Virus record (IMG/VR): IMGVR_UViG_3300048850_000049
Location: 55,864 to 119,863 of that record
Reading direction: 5' to 3' (one strand)
DNA length: 64,000 bases
Origin: a virus
Lineage: Duplodnaviria > Heunggongvirae > Uroviricota > Caudoviricetes
How positions within the stretch are numbered: position 1 is the first letter of the stretch; every line of letters begins with the position of its first letter. The notes under the pieces are model-generated. The model searched no databases, was not told where the DNA came from, and saw only the letters and a program-made list of their open reading frames with translations. The translations under genes and the position numbers were made by a program. This document shows positions 1 through 9,366 of the stretch, in pieces.

Positions 1-222
1 AAGGCTTCGACGGCCAAGGCTACCGATGTCGGCGACGACTGGAACAAGGCTCGCACGGTTGATCTTATGCTGGGCATCAATGCGACTGATGCCGAGAAGG
101 CCGCAGGCGAGGCTCGTTTGACCTGGCTCTTGTCGCGTAACTCCGAGGACGGCTTCTCGCTGGCTATCAGGCAGGATCGTTCCAAGATGCAGTTCATCAA
201 GTCAGTGATCGGGCGCGTATAA
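1..222 (+). CDS. 3' end of upstream gene (last 73 codons), hypothetical protein
   Basis: Frame-1 open from the window edge to TAA 220-222, which overlaps the next ATG (TAATG coupling). Confidence 0.4.
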   Translation, partial: KASTAKATDVGDDWNKARTVDLMLGINATDAEKAAGEARLTWLLSRNSEDGFSLAIRQDRSKMQFIKSVIGRV

Positions 223-1337
223 TGGCAAGGCTGACTTTGGAGCAGATCCAGGAGGAGCTCGATATGGAGTTCCTGCTTGAGCGTGAGAGCGTCGCATTCC
301 GTGAGACGCGAGGCGTTTCCGGAACCCAGCTGAACATCAAGACCTGCCCGAATCCTGCCTGCCGGGATGAACGCTGGCGCACCTATTTCGGCGTTGATAC
401 TGGCCGAGGAAACTGTTTCGTCTGTGGTGAGAGTTTCAACAAGTTCCGTTTTATCAATTTCCACTTCGATCATGGCGATCATTGGCGCGCTACCTTCGAA
501 GCGTGTGAAGAGATCATGCGGGACCAGGGCTATCGTCCGAAGCGCAAGGCGATGGTTCAGGTTGATCACGGCGCCGTGGTGCTGCCGATCTCCCAGGCAC
601 TTCCCTTGGAAACGGGTGAGAACCTGGCCTATCTCGAACAGCGCGGCTTCGACGCCGAGATTGCCAAGTATTTTGAGCTTCGCTGGTGCCAGTTCGGTTG
701 GTGGAAGTTCATCGACGCGGACGGCGAAAGCAAGACGCAAAGCTTTAATGATCGGATCATCATCCCGGTTTTCGATCTCGACGGCACCTTGAAAACCTTT
801 CAGGGGCGCGACCTGACCGGAACGTCGCCGAAGAAATACCTATTTCCGATGGAGCTGCCTGGAACCGGTCGGTATCTGCTCAACGGTCACAATGCCGTTG
901 CGACGGAACATGTCTGCATGGGCGAGGGGGCTTTTGACGTTGCCGCGACTAAGCTGGCTTTCGATGCCGATCCGGAGCTGCGCAACATCGTCGCGATTGG
1001 ATCCTTCGGCAAGCATTTGTCTTACGGTGCTCCGGACGGCGATGACCAGCTCGGACGTTTCATCAAGCTCAAGGCAAGGGGCGTCAAGATCGTCACGATC
1101 ATGTGGGATGGGGAAAAGGCTGCTCTTTTGGCTGCACTTAGCGCCGCAAAGCTCCTTTCAGGTATCGGTCTCCAGGTTCGTATCGCCCTTCTGCCCTTCG
1201 ACAAGGATCCGAACGAGGTAACGGGTGATGTCGTCCGTAAGGCGTTCTACGCCGCAAAGGTCTGGACTCCCTCGCTCGATATCAAGTGGCGCTTGCGCAA
1301 TCCCTACCGCGATAACGTTCTCCATAGCACTGCGTAG
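222..1337 (+). CDS. DNA primase (Zn-ribbon + TOPRIM, DnaG-like)
   Basis: CxxC..CxxC ribbon (CPNPACRDE..CFVCGE) followed by a TOPRIM EGxxD motif (CMGEGAFDVAA). Confidence 0.6.
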   Translation: MARLTLEQIQEELDMEFLLERESVAFRETRGVSGTQLNIKTCPNPACRDERWRTYFGVDTGRGNCFVCGESFNKFRFINFHFDHGDHWRATFEACEEIMRDQGYRPKRKAMVQVDHGAVVLPISQALPLETGENLAYLEQRGFDAEIAKYFELRWCQFGWWKFIDADGESKTQSFNDRIIIPVFDLDGTLKTFQGRDLTGTSPKKYLFPMELPGTGRYLLNGHNAVATEHVCMGEGAFDVAATKLAFDADPELRNIVAIGSFGKHLSYGAPDGDDQLGRFIKLKARGVKIVTIMWDGEKAALLAALSAAKLLSGIGLQVRIALLPFDKDPNEVTGDVVRKAFYAAKVWTPSLDIKWRLRNPYRDNVLHSTA

Positions 1338-1342
1338 GGAAT

Positions 1343-1394
1343 AGTAAGGAAGCACTTACTTCCTGCCGCGTTCCAATGACGATCTCGCTATAAC
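1343..1394 (+). promoter_or_regulatory. Phage promoter class (palindrome GTAAGGAAGCACTTACTTCC, -35-like CTGCCGCGTTCCAATG, -10-like CGCTATAAC)
   Basis: Motif instance upstream of gene 1404. Confidence 0.5.
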
Positions 1395-1403
1395 TGAAAT
1401 CAG

Positions 1404-1988
1404 ATGAACGACAGACACGACCGGATGCGAGTGAAAGCCCGGAAGTATCTCGCGAAGAGGAAATCAATGTCTTATCCGATTAAAACGCGGTCGATCTCGC
1501 TCGACCATAGGGGCGGCACCAAGTCCTATCACCTCATGATTATTGAGGCTGCGAACGGGAATGCCGTCTTTATCAGTCGCTGGGGCAAGACCGGTCAGTT
1601 CGGCGAAATGAAGGTCGAAGAATACGACAGTCCTGCCAAGGCAATGAAGGCTTGGGAAAAGAAGGAGCGCGAAAAGACGCGAAACGGATACGGTCAGGCA
1701 GGTCCGGCGCGAGAAGGCCGCGCGGACACGTCTGACGAGTTCCCGAAGGCCGTCTCGCTGTCCATCTTCAACAAGATGGGTGCAAGTGCCGTCAAGCACC
1801 TCGACCCCGGCTTCGACACCGCAGGAATGCGTGAGGCTGATCCCGCCCAGTATGACGAGGAGACCGGCAGGAAGATCGATACGGCGCGCAAGGCTGACAT
1901 TAGCGAAGCGCTCGCGGCCGAAAAGGCTGCTTCTGAGAAAGCCGCTGCCGAGGCTTACGCCGACAATCCGATTTTTGGGAGGTTCTGA
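1404..1988 (+). CDS. WGR-domain protein; C-terminal PIFGRF tail
   Basis: RWGKTGQFGEMKVEEYDSPAKAMKAWEKKEREKTRNGY matches the WGR-domain pattern; ends ..NPIFGRF. Confidence 0.5.
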   Translation: MNDRHDRMRVKARKYLAKRKSMSYPIKTRSISLDHRGGTKSYHLMIIEAANGNAVFISRWGKTGQFGEMKVEEYDSPAKAMKAWEKKEREKTRNGYGQAGPAREGRADTSDEFPKAVSLSIFNKMGASAVKHLDPGFDTAGMREADPAQYDEETGRKIDTARKADISEALAAEKAASEKAAAEAYADNPIFGRF

Positions 1989-2536
1989 TGTCTGGACCCG
2001 TTTTGACGTTAATGAGCGCGAACAAGGCTTCGTTCACTTGCCCGATTTTCAATGTGGAAACCCGGGTTTCCCACTGCCTGCAGTTGCGCGACAAGGTTTG
2101 GGCAGGCTTCAAGCCTCCGATCCGCAAGGGCTGCCAGGCGTGCATGACGGCCGGCAAGTGCCCGATGGCGAAGATGGTCGACAAGATAATCTACGGCAAG
2201 CAGGGCAAGGATGCGCCCGAGCCTTACGCGTCGGCGGAGCCCAAGCAGGTCAAGCTGCGCGACGATCTCCTCGAACGTGTCCTGCCGGTCCTGGTCCGCC
2301 ACGAAACGATGTCCCGCTACGATGTGAGCGACAAGGAACGTGAACTGATCGAGTCCGCGAACGATCGCATCCGCAAGCAGATGCAGAATGCTCCGCTGGC
2401 TTCCAGCGACACGGTTTCAACGCCTTACCGCAGGTCTGCGCCGAAGAAGGTCGCACCGAAGCCGAGCAACACCAACAACCGCATCAACGAAGCTGCAGCT
2501 TCCGGCGATCTCGCCGCAGCCGTGAACGCAGCGTAA
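1988..2536 (+). CDS. Hypothetical Cys-rich protein; C-terminal SGDLAAAVNAA motif
   Basis: ATG overlaps the upstream TGA; N-terminal Cys cluster (CPIF..HC..C..C..C); the tail motif is shared with two other ORFs. Confidence 0.4.
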   Translation: MSGPVLTLMSANKASFTCPIFNVETRVSHCLQLRDKVWAGFKPPIRKGCQACMTAGKCPMAKMVDKIIYGKQGKDAPEPYASAEPKQVKLRDDLLERVLPVLVRHETMSRYDVSDKERELIESANDRIRKQMQNAPLASSDTVSTPYRRSAPKKVAPKPSNTNNRINEAAASGDLAAAVNAA

Positions 2537-2546
2537 GGAGAACCCG

Positions 2547-4064
2547 ATGAACGCATACGACGCAGCGCGCCTGATCGAGGAGATCGGCGCAACGTCCTCT
2601 CGCACGGAGAAGGAACGACTGACCAAGATTCTCGCAGATGCCGAGATTGGGAAGTTCATCCTACAGTGGGCTTATAACCCCTTCATCACCTTTGGGCTCA
2701 ATCCTGCGCTCAGTGAAAACGCCGGCAAGTTCAAGATTGAATTCAAGCCGAGCCTGGTCGAAGGGCTTTTGAAGCGCCTGTCGTCGCGTGAACTGACCGG
2801 CCATGCCGCAGAACGCGAGGTAGGTGAGGTTATGGGCGCGCTAGACGAAGACGGCGCACGGCTTCTCTTTCTCATCCTGTCGAAGGACTTGAAGTGCGGC
2901 ATCGCCGAGAACACGATCAATCAGGCTGTGCCTGGTCTCGTGCCGGTGTTCTCCGTGCAGCGCGCCCAGACCTACGAAGCAAAGCGCATGACCAGTGTGA
3001 TGAAGGGCGAGTATAAGCTCGACGGCAATCGCAACACGTTTCTGTGCAAGGATAATGACGGTGGGTTCTTTACGCGCACCGGAAAGCGTGTCGCGGCTCT
3101 CGATTTCATGGTTCCTCCTGTCATCAAGGCTGCCAAGGCAGTTGTGCAGCAGTCGGAGCTCCTGCAGCGTGTCATGGTCCGCAAGGGCGAGACCACGCTC
3201 AACTTCATGCTGGACGGCGAAGCAATGATGACGCTGTTCGAGGAGACCGGCGCATTCAGGCGCACTTCCGAAGATGCTCTCGGAGCGGAGCTTCATCTCT
3301 ACGACATGATGTCCTTTGACGATTTCGATGCGCCTGGCGCCGTCGGTGAGATCCTCGAAGTTCGCCGCACCTGGGTTGCCGAGTTCGTAAGGCTCGCCAA
3401 GATCGCACTCGCCGGCACGAAGGAAGCTGAAGCCATTCAGATCGTCCCGCAGTTCTTCGTCAATGACGATGCAGAGGTCCAGGCACTGTTCGACAGGGCT
3501 CGTTCAAAGACGCTCGCATCCTATCTGGCTCGCGGCAATGCCGAGCGTGAGAAGGATCTTCTGACCAAGACGATCGATAAGGCAACCGGCAAGCCGAAGG
3601 TGCTCGAGGGGATCGTCGTCAAGGATCCGAAGGCCAAGTATGAGAAGAAGAAGTCCTGGGTGTGGATGAAGCTGAAGGCGGAAGAAACCCTCGACCTTCG
3701 CATCACTGGCGCTTATCCCGGCAAGCCGCACACCGAGCTCCAGGACACGTTGGGTGGTATCCAGGTGGTGCACAAGGGCGTTCCGGTCAATGTAGGCGGT
3801 GGATACGAACGTCCTGAGCGCGACGAAATCTGGGCCTTGTGGAACGAGGACCGTCTCAACGGCACGATCGAGATCATTAAGGTCGCAAACGGCAAGAAGC
3901 TGATCTCCTACAATCCGAACCCTGGTTATACGCCGAAGCTGGTGTCGCGCCTTCTCGAGGTCGAATTTATGGAAGAGACGCCCGACGGCTCGCTTCGTCA
4001 TCCTCGCGCCATTCGCTTCCGCGACGATAAAGACGGTGAAGTCGAAGTGAAGGAGGCTGCATAG
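2547..4064 (+). CDS. ATP-dependent DNA ligase
   Basis: Adenylation motif I KxDGxR (EYKLDGNR); motifs IV/V EGIVVKD and WVWMKLK; RBS AGGAGAA upstream. Confidence 0.75.
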   Translation: MNAYDAARLIEEIGATSSRTEKERLTKILADAEIGKFILQWAYNPFITFGLNPALSENAGKFKIEFKPSLVEGLLKRLSSRELTGHAAEREVGEVMGALDEDGARLLFLILSKDLKCGIAENTINQAVPGLVPVFSVQRAQTYEAKRMTSVMKGEYKLDGNRNTFLCKDNDGGFFTRTGKRVAALDFMVPPVIKAAKAVVQQSELLQRVMVRKGETTLNFMLDGEAMMTLFEETGAFRRTSEDALGAELHLYDMMSFDDFDAPGAVGEILEVRRTWVAEFVRLAKIALAGTKEAEAIQIVPQFFVNDDAEVQALFDRARSKTLASYLARGNAEREKDLLTKTIDKATGKPKVLEGIVVKDPKAKYEKKKSWVWMKLKAEETLDLRITGAYPGKPHTELQDTLGGIQVVHKGVPVNVGGGYERPERDEIWALWNEDRLNGTIEIIKVANGKKLISYNPNPGYTPKLVSRLLEVEFMEETPDGSLRHPRAIRFRDDKDGEVEVKEAA

Positions 4065-4088
4065 CAACGTGACCCCTAAGTCGAGCGG

Positions 4089-4823
4089 CTATTCAGCAGC
4101 CCAAAACTGTAGCAACCCGCCGATCAACCCCATAATACCGGCAAGTCCCATTACGGGCCCGTCCTTATGGGTTGCAATTTGAAAAAGCACATGTTGTGCG
4201 CAAAACATAAAAGTCCAACCCACCGCACTAAAGACAATCCATAAAACAATTGAAAAATAGATGATCACAATTGCCCATAGTTCACCCATGAGGGGTGCGG
4301 TAATATACTGCCACGCTGGATCCCGGCAATGTTCAGCTGCCACACCCCAATAACAATTTGGCAAATAGTTAAGCCTCAACACTATTTCTCCTACAGCAAA
4401 CAATGTCATGCTCACCGCGACTGCTATCGACAGCTTCGTGAAAAATCTCCTGCGATTAGTTGCCTCTCCAAGGTAGCGAATTGCCTTCTTTGCGATGAAC
4501 GGATGCACTATCAACCCCAAGCCCATCATTGCCGCAAAATAAGCAACAGAGTTGGAGTCATGAAAGTCTGTTACGTCGTAATACATATGGACGTATACAG
4601 TCGTAGCCATTGCTGCTTGAAGCCACGGCGAGGATAGCGTGGACAAAAATCGACTTGTGGCATAACCGGCAGCCAAGTAGAGCCACAGGTCCTCCGACCG
4701 CCTTCTAATCCACTTCTTAGCTCCATCACTTAAAATGAAATCGAGGAGTTTAAGCCCAAATATAATGACGCCGCTCCACGCGATCACAATACCGATCAAT
4801 TGAGGTATATTCATAAGCGGCAA
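4089..4823 (-). CDS. Polytopic membrane protein, hypothetical (AT-rich island)
   Basis: Several hydrophobic helices; minority strand; local GC clearly lower than the surrounding sequence. Confidence 0.5.
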   Translation of the reverse strand: MPLMNIPQLIGIVIAWSGVIIFGLKLLDFILSDGAKKWIRRRSEDLWLYLAAGYATSRFLSTLSSPWLQAAMATTVYVHMYYDVTDFHDSNSVAYFAAMMGLGLIVHPFIAKKAIRYLGEATNRRRFFTKLSIAVAVSMTLFAVGEIVLRLNYLPNCYWGVAAEHCRDPAWQYITAPLMGELWAIVIIYFSIVLWIVFSAVGWTFMFCAQHVLFQIATHKDGPVMGLAGIMGLIGGLLQFWAAE

Positions 4824-4873
4824 CCCCCAACTCGACTTCTATTCTACTCCCACGTAAAAATCCGGTCGAGGCT

Positions 4874-5974
4874 TCAATGAGCCCTCCTTCGCCGCATGTA
4901 TCTCACGACTTCGGCGAGGTCGATCTGCCCGCGTTCGATCATCCGGACGTAATTTCGGTAGTATCCGCCTGGATTCTTGATCTTCATCGGCCCCGCCTGG
5001 TCCGCGGAATAGATTTCAAGCACCACAAAGAAGGCCGCGGCCGCTCGCATCGGCCCAATTTTCTCGACAGCCTCATCCCAGGCACTCCGGTGTATCCCAA
5101 TCGCGCCTCGCAAACCGGCCGCGGCCGATAGAAGTTCTCTATCGTTGGTGATCGTGTCGGTGTAACTCATTGCATCAGGGCAGGCAGCGCACAAATCTGG
5201 CAAGTTGATTTCGGATTCATTATCTCTTTGCCGTTTGTCACAAGACTGGTCAGGAGAATCTTTGTTGTTCTCAATGAGACGGCAGTTTTTGCCGCCACAG
5301 GCGGCATTATATTGATCCTCAAGGGTAGTTTTCAGACTTTGCCATAGAGAAAGCACAGGCTCGACCGGCTGCGATGACGTTCTACGCGGGGAGAGGGCGC
5401 TCAATCGCTCAAATTCGATCGTGAGCGCGTTCATATCGATGTTCTGACCGAGTGCGTCAAGCGCGCCCAGAAGCTCCTGAGAAGCTCTCCTGCAGATCGT
5501 AATCTGATCGAACAGAGCCATCCGCGCTCGCTGCAACTCCCGGATCGCATCGGTGCGCGCCTGCAGCTCATCTTTACGCGCCAGGAGGGGGGAGAGATCG
5601 AAGCCATAGGCATCAAGAATCTGTCCCTGCTTTGAGCGCACAGCGAAACGTTTGCCATTGGCGCTGTCTCGTGCAAGCACGCATCCTGCTCGGATCAGTT
5701 CACCCACGGCATACCTGATCGCGCGGTCGGAGAGTCCCGTTCGGTCGGAAAGGAACTCGTTTGACGGCCAGACCAGGTAAAGCCCGTTGACCGGCTCGCG
5801 AAAGAACCCGACCAGCTGCGAAAGGATCGATCTTGCGGAAGGGCGCAGGCCAAGAGCAATGGCTGCCAAGTGCGCGCTTTCAAATAGATCCTTCTTGGTG
5901 CCGGCATCCTCCGGCACGTAGGTATCCGCTGCCGGCGCAACGCGGCGCCAGCCTGAATGTCCCTCAGTTCTCAC
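4874..5974 (-). CDS. RepC-like winged-helix replication initiator / DNA-binding protein
   Basis: WPSNEFLSDRTGLSDRAIRYAVGELIRAGCVLARDSANGKRF and AYGFDLSPL resemble RepC (repABC family) N-terminal HTH motifs as I recall them. Confidence 0.5.
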   Translation of the reverse strand: MRTEGHSGWRRVAPAADTYVPEDAGTKKDLFESAHLAAIALGLRPSARSILSQLVGFFREPVNGLYLVWPSNEFLSDRTGLSDRAIRYAVGELIRAGCVLARDSANGKRFAVRSKQGQILDAYGFDLSPLLARKDELQARTDAIRELQRARMALFDQITICRRASQELLGALDALGQNIDMNALTIEFERLSALSPRRTSSQPVEPVLSLWQSLKTTLEDQYNAACGGKNCRLIENNKDSPDQSCDKRQRDNESEINLPDLCAACPDAMSYTDTITNDRELLSAAAGLRGAIGIHRSAWDEAVEKIGPMRAAAAFFVVLEIYSADQAGPMKIKNPGGYYRNYVRMIERGQIDLAEVVRYMRRRRAH

Positions 5975-6086
5975 AGTCCTATCCCTCGTTGGGACAAAGC
6001 TTCGCCGATCACCGAAATCGATGTTGACAGTGATTCGGAAAAGTGGGAAAACCTACTTGTTCACGGTGGTTCGCCACTTACTTATT

Positions 6087-6126
6087 AAAAGCCCTAGAGA
6101 CGCCAATCTCTGGGGCTTTTGCTTTG
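6087..6126. terminator. Bidirectional intrinsic terminator (AAAAGCCCTAGAGA..TCTCTGGGGCTTTT)
   Basis: GC-rich hairpin flanked by an A-run and a T-run, between the repC-like and RHH genes. Confidence 0.5.
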
Positions 6127-6131
6127 TCGGG

Positions 6132-6323
6132 TTAAGCTCCTAGTTCCTTGCTAAACTCACGCACTGCAATTTTAATCGCCTCAGACTGGTTTGCCGCGCC
6201 GAACTTCTTGGCTACGAGTTCCAGCGCTTTCTGATCATCCGGCGTGAGCCAAACGGTCGTATCGCGCATTCCTTCTTTCCGGCGTCGCTCCCGAGTGAGA
6301 GCCATTCTCTCTTTTGCAGTCAT
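6132..6323 (-). CDS. Ribbon-helix-helix (CopG/Arc-like) DNA-binding protein
   Basis: 63 aa, N-terminal basic beta-strand segment (ERMALTRERRRKEG..TVWLTPDD) then two helices; a bidirectional terminator lies downstream. Confidence 0.55.
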   Translation of the reverse strand: MTAKERMALTRERRRKEGMRDTTVWLTPDDQKALELVAKKFGAANQSEAIKIAVREFSKELGA

Positions 6324-6511
6324 GCCTGATTCTCGCTTGTCTTAGCAACTGTTGCTCCGATTCTGCGATCAGTGGCAAGGCGCTGGGGAATTTAGTCCAA
6401 CGGATTTCACTACACCCATTTGTATTACGCCAAAATCGGTCAGTAGCAGGCATTCACAATCGGGAATAAAATTTCATTGCTTTCATTCATAATTGAACAA
6501 AGGGGAAAGAA

Positions 6512-7618
6512 ATGCCAAATATTTTTCTTGAGGCTAATGGCCTTCTTAACACGACCGCTAAGCGCTCGCTCCAATATATCGTTCAAGCCTGTTCAGTGTT
6601 TTGTTTTACCGCAATTACAACTTCTACTCTATTGGCCCAGGACAATCCATTGGTGGCCGCGTGTCAGGCAGTATACGCGACCTCAACCGCAAATGTATCA
6701 ACCGAACGTCGACGCACGGCTGAATTAGAGACTCTACACGACGCCATGTGTAGCGCGGATATCGTGAAAGAAGGCTTTCAATTGGACGCTGGCCTAGAGG
6801 CAATTGTCTATGGTGTTCCCATAGCTGGCGATTTGGGGATCAACTCCACAAAAGATAGGCAGAATTATATCTGCAAGAACTTCGAATCTCTTCGCACAGC
6901 AACCGCGGCTCTTGATACATATTCTAAGACGATTGTCGTGGCGGCTCTGTCAAATTTCAACGGTTGTCTAGAACTCGCCTCCCGCGGCGTTTCTGTTCAG
7001 CCAGCGGTCGCAGCGCCCCAGTCACTGGTGGTTAAGCTAAGTCTTACAGATCCGGACGGTATGACACTCCAAGCATTCGCGAAAACCAACAACATGAATT
7101 GCATCAGTCCTCAAATCGAAGGAAAAGACAAAGTTATCGATCCGGCAAAAGAATATAGATTTAAAAACGACTTCTCTGTCGCCTGCACTCGGTCAGCAGA
7201 GAAAGGAGAGAAGGAATTTTATAAGCCCGGCCACGTAAACTTCACTACAAGCCGATCTAAGTATCCATTCACGTTCAGCCTGGCTGAAGATGAGCTGCTA
7301 GCACCCATGCTTGCCAGTCAGTCGAAAACACGTATTGACGAACTCGAAGGGATGGCGAATAGCGAAAAGGGGCGCGCCGATAAGAACCAAGCGGAGCTTA
7401 ACAAGGTAAACGCCTATACCGTGGTAACTCACGGATATGTTGTTGGACAATACAATCCTGGAGGCCGTGGAAGTCACTTCGGGTGTTACACCCTGGAAAG
7501 CGTGGCTCTAGCGCAACTCTGTCCTAACGCGGTCAAAACAGCGGTAACGCATCTCGGCTCATGGAGTGGCCACCAGTGCGGCTACGCCGCTTACACTGCG
7601 GCGTGTCTGATGCCCTGA
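6512..7618 (+). CDS. Secreted Cys-rich hypothetical protein (AT-rich island)
   Basis: Signal-peptide-like N-terminus (KRSLQYIVQACSVFCFTAITTSTLLAQ), many Cys, low-GC codon usage. Confidence 0.45.
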   Translation: MPNIFLEANGLLNTTAKRSLQYIVQACSVFCFTAITTSTLLAQDNPLVAACQAVYATSTANVSTERRRTAELETLHDAMCSADIVKEGFQLDAGLEAIVYGVPIAGDLGINSTKDRQNYICKNFESLRTATAALDTYSKTIVVAALSNFNGCLELASRGVSVQPAVAAPQSLVVKLSLTDPDGMTLQAFAKTNNMNCISPQIEGKDKVIDPAKEYRFKNDFSVACTRSAEKGEKEFYKPGHVNFTTSRSKYPFTFSLAEDELLAPMLASQSKTRIDELEGMANSEKGRADKNQAELNKVNAYTVVTHGYVVGQYNPGGRGSHFGCYTLESVALAQLCPNAVKTAVTHLGSWSGHQCGYAAYTAACLMP

Positions 7619-7712
7619 CAGGCGGAAGGTCCTTTACGCCGGCGGTATCCACCCGCCGGCAGTGAAAATCAGATAAGAGTTGTTATGGAACTGGCTTGGG
7701 TGGAGTTTCATA

Positions 7713-8300
7713 TCATGGAACCACGATCGACTTTTCCAAGCTTTCCAGTATTGCCTTGTGCCCGTTTATTTGCTTGTTCAAACGAACGATGGTGGTCTCT
7801 TTAATGCTGATGCGAAGAAACTCCACACCGATACAAAAGACGGCCTTGTTGTATTTTACGAAGCCCTTAGACCTAATCTCGTATTCGGGGATTGGCATCT
7901 TTGGACGCTGGAACCGCTCGATTTTTTCGCCGTTATAATTTTCGTGCGCCTTGCGACAGCAGTGCATCGACATAATCAGATCTTTGATGTCCGCTTTTAA
8001 GAAGTCCGCATGTTCCATATCATGAGCAAAGCGGTTTCTTAGCTTTCTGAGGATCCCGATATCCCTAAACTCATCGTCATTTATCAGCCCGAAGGCGCGA
8101 CAAATGCTGGACTTGCCTGAGAAGGTCGACAAAGGTCCATTTGAATCAAAAAGGTCAGTTGTCGCCTTTTGCGACATACCGTTCACCTGGCATTCATAGA
8201 GTAGCATCTGGCGGAGCTCAGCGTCGATTATAGAGGCCGCTAGAATGACGCAGCCACGATCTGACTCTTCCATAAGGTCGTATTTTAGCTCTTCGAACAT
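7713..8300 (-). CDS. HEPN-like (Rx4-6H) protein, Abi/DUF4145-like
   Basis: RKLRNRFAHD motif in a helical 195-aa protein; minority strand; AT-rich island. Confidence 0.5.
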   Translation of the reverse strand: MFEELKYDLMEESDRGCVILAASIIDAELRQMLLYECQVNGMSQKATTDLFDSNGPLSTFSGKSSICRAFGLINDDEFRDIGILRKLRNRFAHDMEHADFLKADIKDLIMSMHCCRKAHENYNGEKIERFQRPKMPIPEYEIRSKGFVKYNKAVFCIGVEFLRISIKETTIVRLNKQINGHKAILESLEKSIVVP

Positions 8301-8402
8301 ACCGGTCTCCGCTCCCCCATCAAAACCCTCTAAGAGCTCCTAGTCTCACATTATGAACAAATTAAAATTCGACAAGGCTTTTGTTTCAATTATGAGTGCA
8401 GA

Positions 8403-8479
8403 AAGTAAGTATGCATTGACTTACTTTTTTTTCAGTGGTCTAACGCTTCCGCTGCGATCCCGTGAGTGTCTCGCTATAA
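8403..8479 (+). promoter_or_regulatory. AAGTAAGT..ACTTACTT palindrome plus T8 (terminator-like), then -35-like GCGATCCCGTG and CGCTATAA
   Basis: Upstream of the XRE regulator gene 8532. Confidence 0.5.
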
Positions 8480-8531
8480 TTCAACTATCGAAAGCGAGAT
8501 GCAATTGATTGATAAAAACCGAACCGTATAA

Positions 8532-8963
8532 ATGGGGATTAAGAACATGACAGCGAAGACAGGAAACCAAACACGGTTTTCCACCTTCATAGAAAAGAAG
8601 CTGATGGAGAGCACAAAGACCCAAAAGGAAATTGCGCAAGCCGTCGGCTACAAGAACCAGAATATGATCACCATGCTTAAGCTTGGTGACGTAAAGCTCG
8701 CTCTCGATCGCGTGCCGGCAATGGCAAAAGCCCTTGATATGGATCCTTTGGATCTTTTCAAAATTGCCCTTACCCAATTCTATGACAACGAGTCCGTCTC
8801 CCTCCTCGTAGGGATCATTGAACGAGGCATTTCTCCGGCCGAGCGTAAGATCCTCGAAACCGTTCGGGAAGCCTCAGGAAGTGATACGCCGGAACTTACC
8901 CCAGAACGAGCCAAAAAGCTCGCGAAGGTCTTCGCCCCTGAAAAGGTGAAGGAGCCTGGATAG
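8532..8963 (+). CDS. XRE-family HTH transcriptional regulator
   Basis: QKEIAQAVGYKNQNMITMLKLGDVKL HTH; preceded by the phage promoter motif and followed by an intrinsic terminator. Confidence 0.6.
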   Translation: MGIKNMTAKTGNQTRFSTFIEKKLMESTKTQKEIAQAVGYKNQNMITMLKLGDVKLALDRVPAMAKALDMDPLDLFKIALTQFYDNESVSLLVGIIERGISPAERKILETVREASGSDTPELTPERAKKLAKVFAPEKVKEPG

Positions 8964-8993
8964 TTCACTCACGACCCACCGCGGTTCAACTGG

Positions 8994-9027
8994 AAGCCTG
9001 CTATAAGCCCAAGCAGGCTTTTCTTTT
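8994..9027 (+). terminator. Intrinsic terminator (GAAGCCTGC..GCAGGCTT plus TTCTTTTG)
   Basis: After the XRE gene stop. Confidence 0.55.
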
Positions 9028-9094
9028 GCGCCGTGACTTAAGTAATTACTGACTTATGCCTGACCACCCCTCCTCGTTCCCCAAGGATTCTACA

Positions 9095-9322
9095 ATGACC
9101 GAACGCACGCCCTTCCTTCGCAATCTGTCCCTCGCGAATGAGGACGCCTACATTCTGGCTTCCGAGCTGGAAGATAAAAAGACCGATGAGGTCAATGGCT
9201 GCACCATCTACTCCGGCAAGCACCCGGAATTTGGCAATATTCACATCGTTATTCCGGCGCTAGGCGACGCAAAGGCACTTTTTCCCTTTGAGCTGAAGCC
9301 TGTTGTTCTCCAGTCATTTTAA
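9095..9322 (+). CDS. Hypothetical small protein
   Basis: ATG with an AAGGA RBS; same orientation as the flanking genes. Confidence 0.3.
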   Translation: MTERTPFLRNLSLANEDAYILASELEDKKTDEVNGCTIYSGKHPEFGNIHIVIPALGDAKALFPFELKPVVLQSF

Positions 9323-9366
9323 GCGCAGAAGTAAGTAATCAAATACTTACAAGGAGTTAGCGAAGC

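Noticed and set aside
2009-4067. Minus-strand ORFs inside the ligase and upstream genes (2009..2302, 2841..3296, 3504..4067)
   Set aside because: Antisense to strongly supported + strand genes. No RBS or promoter.
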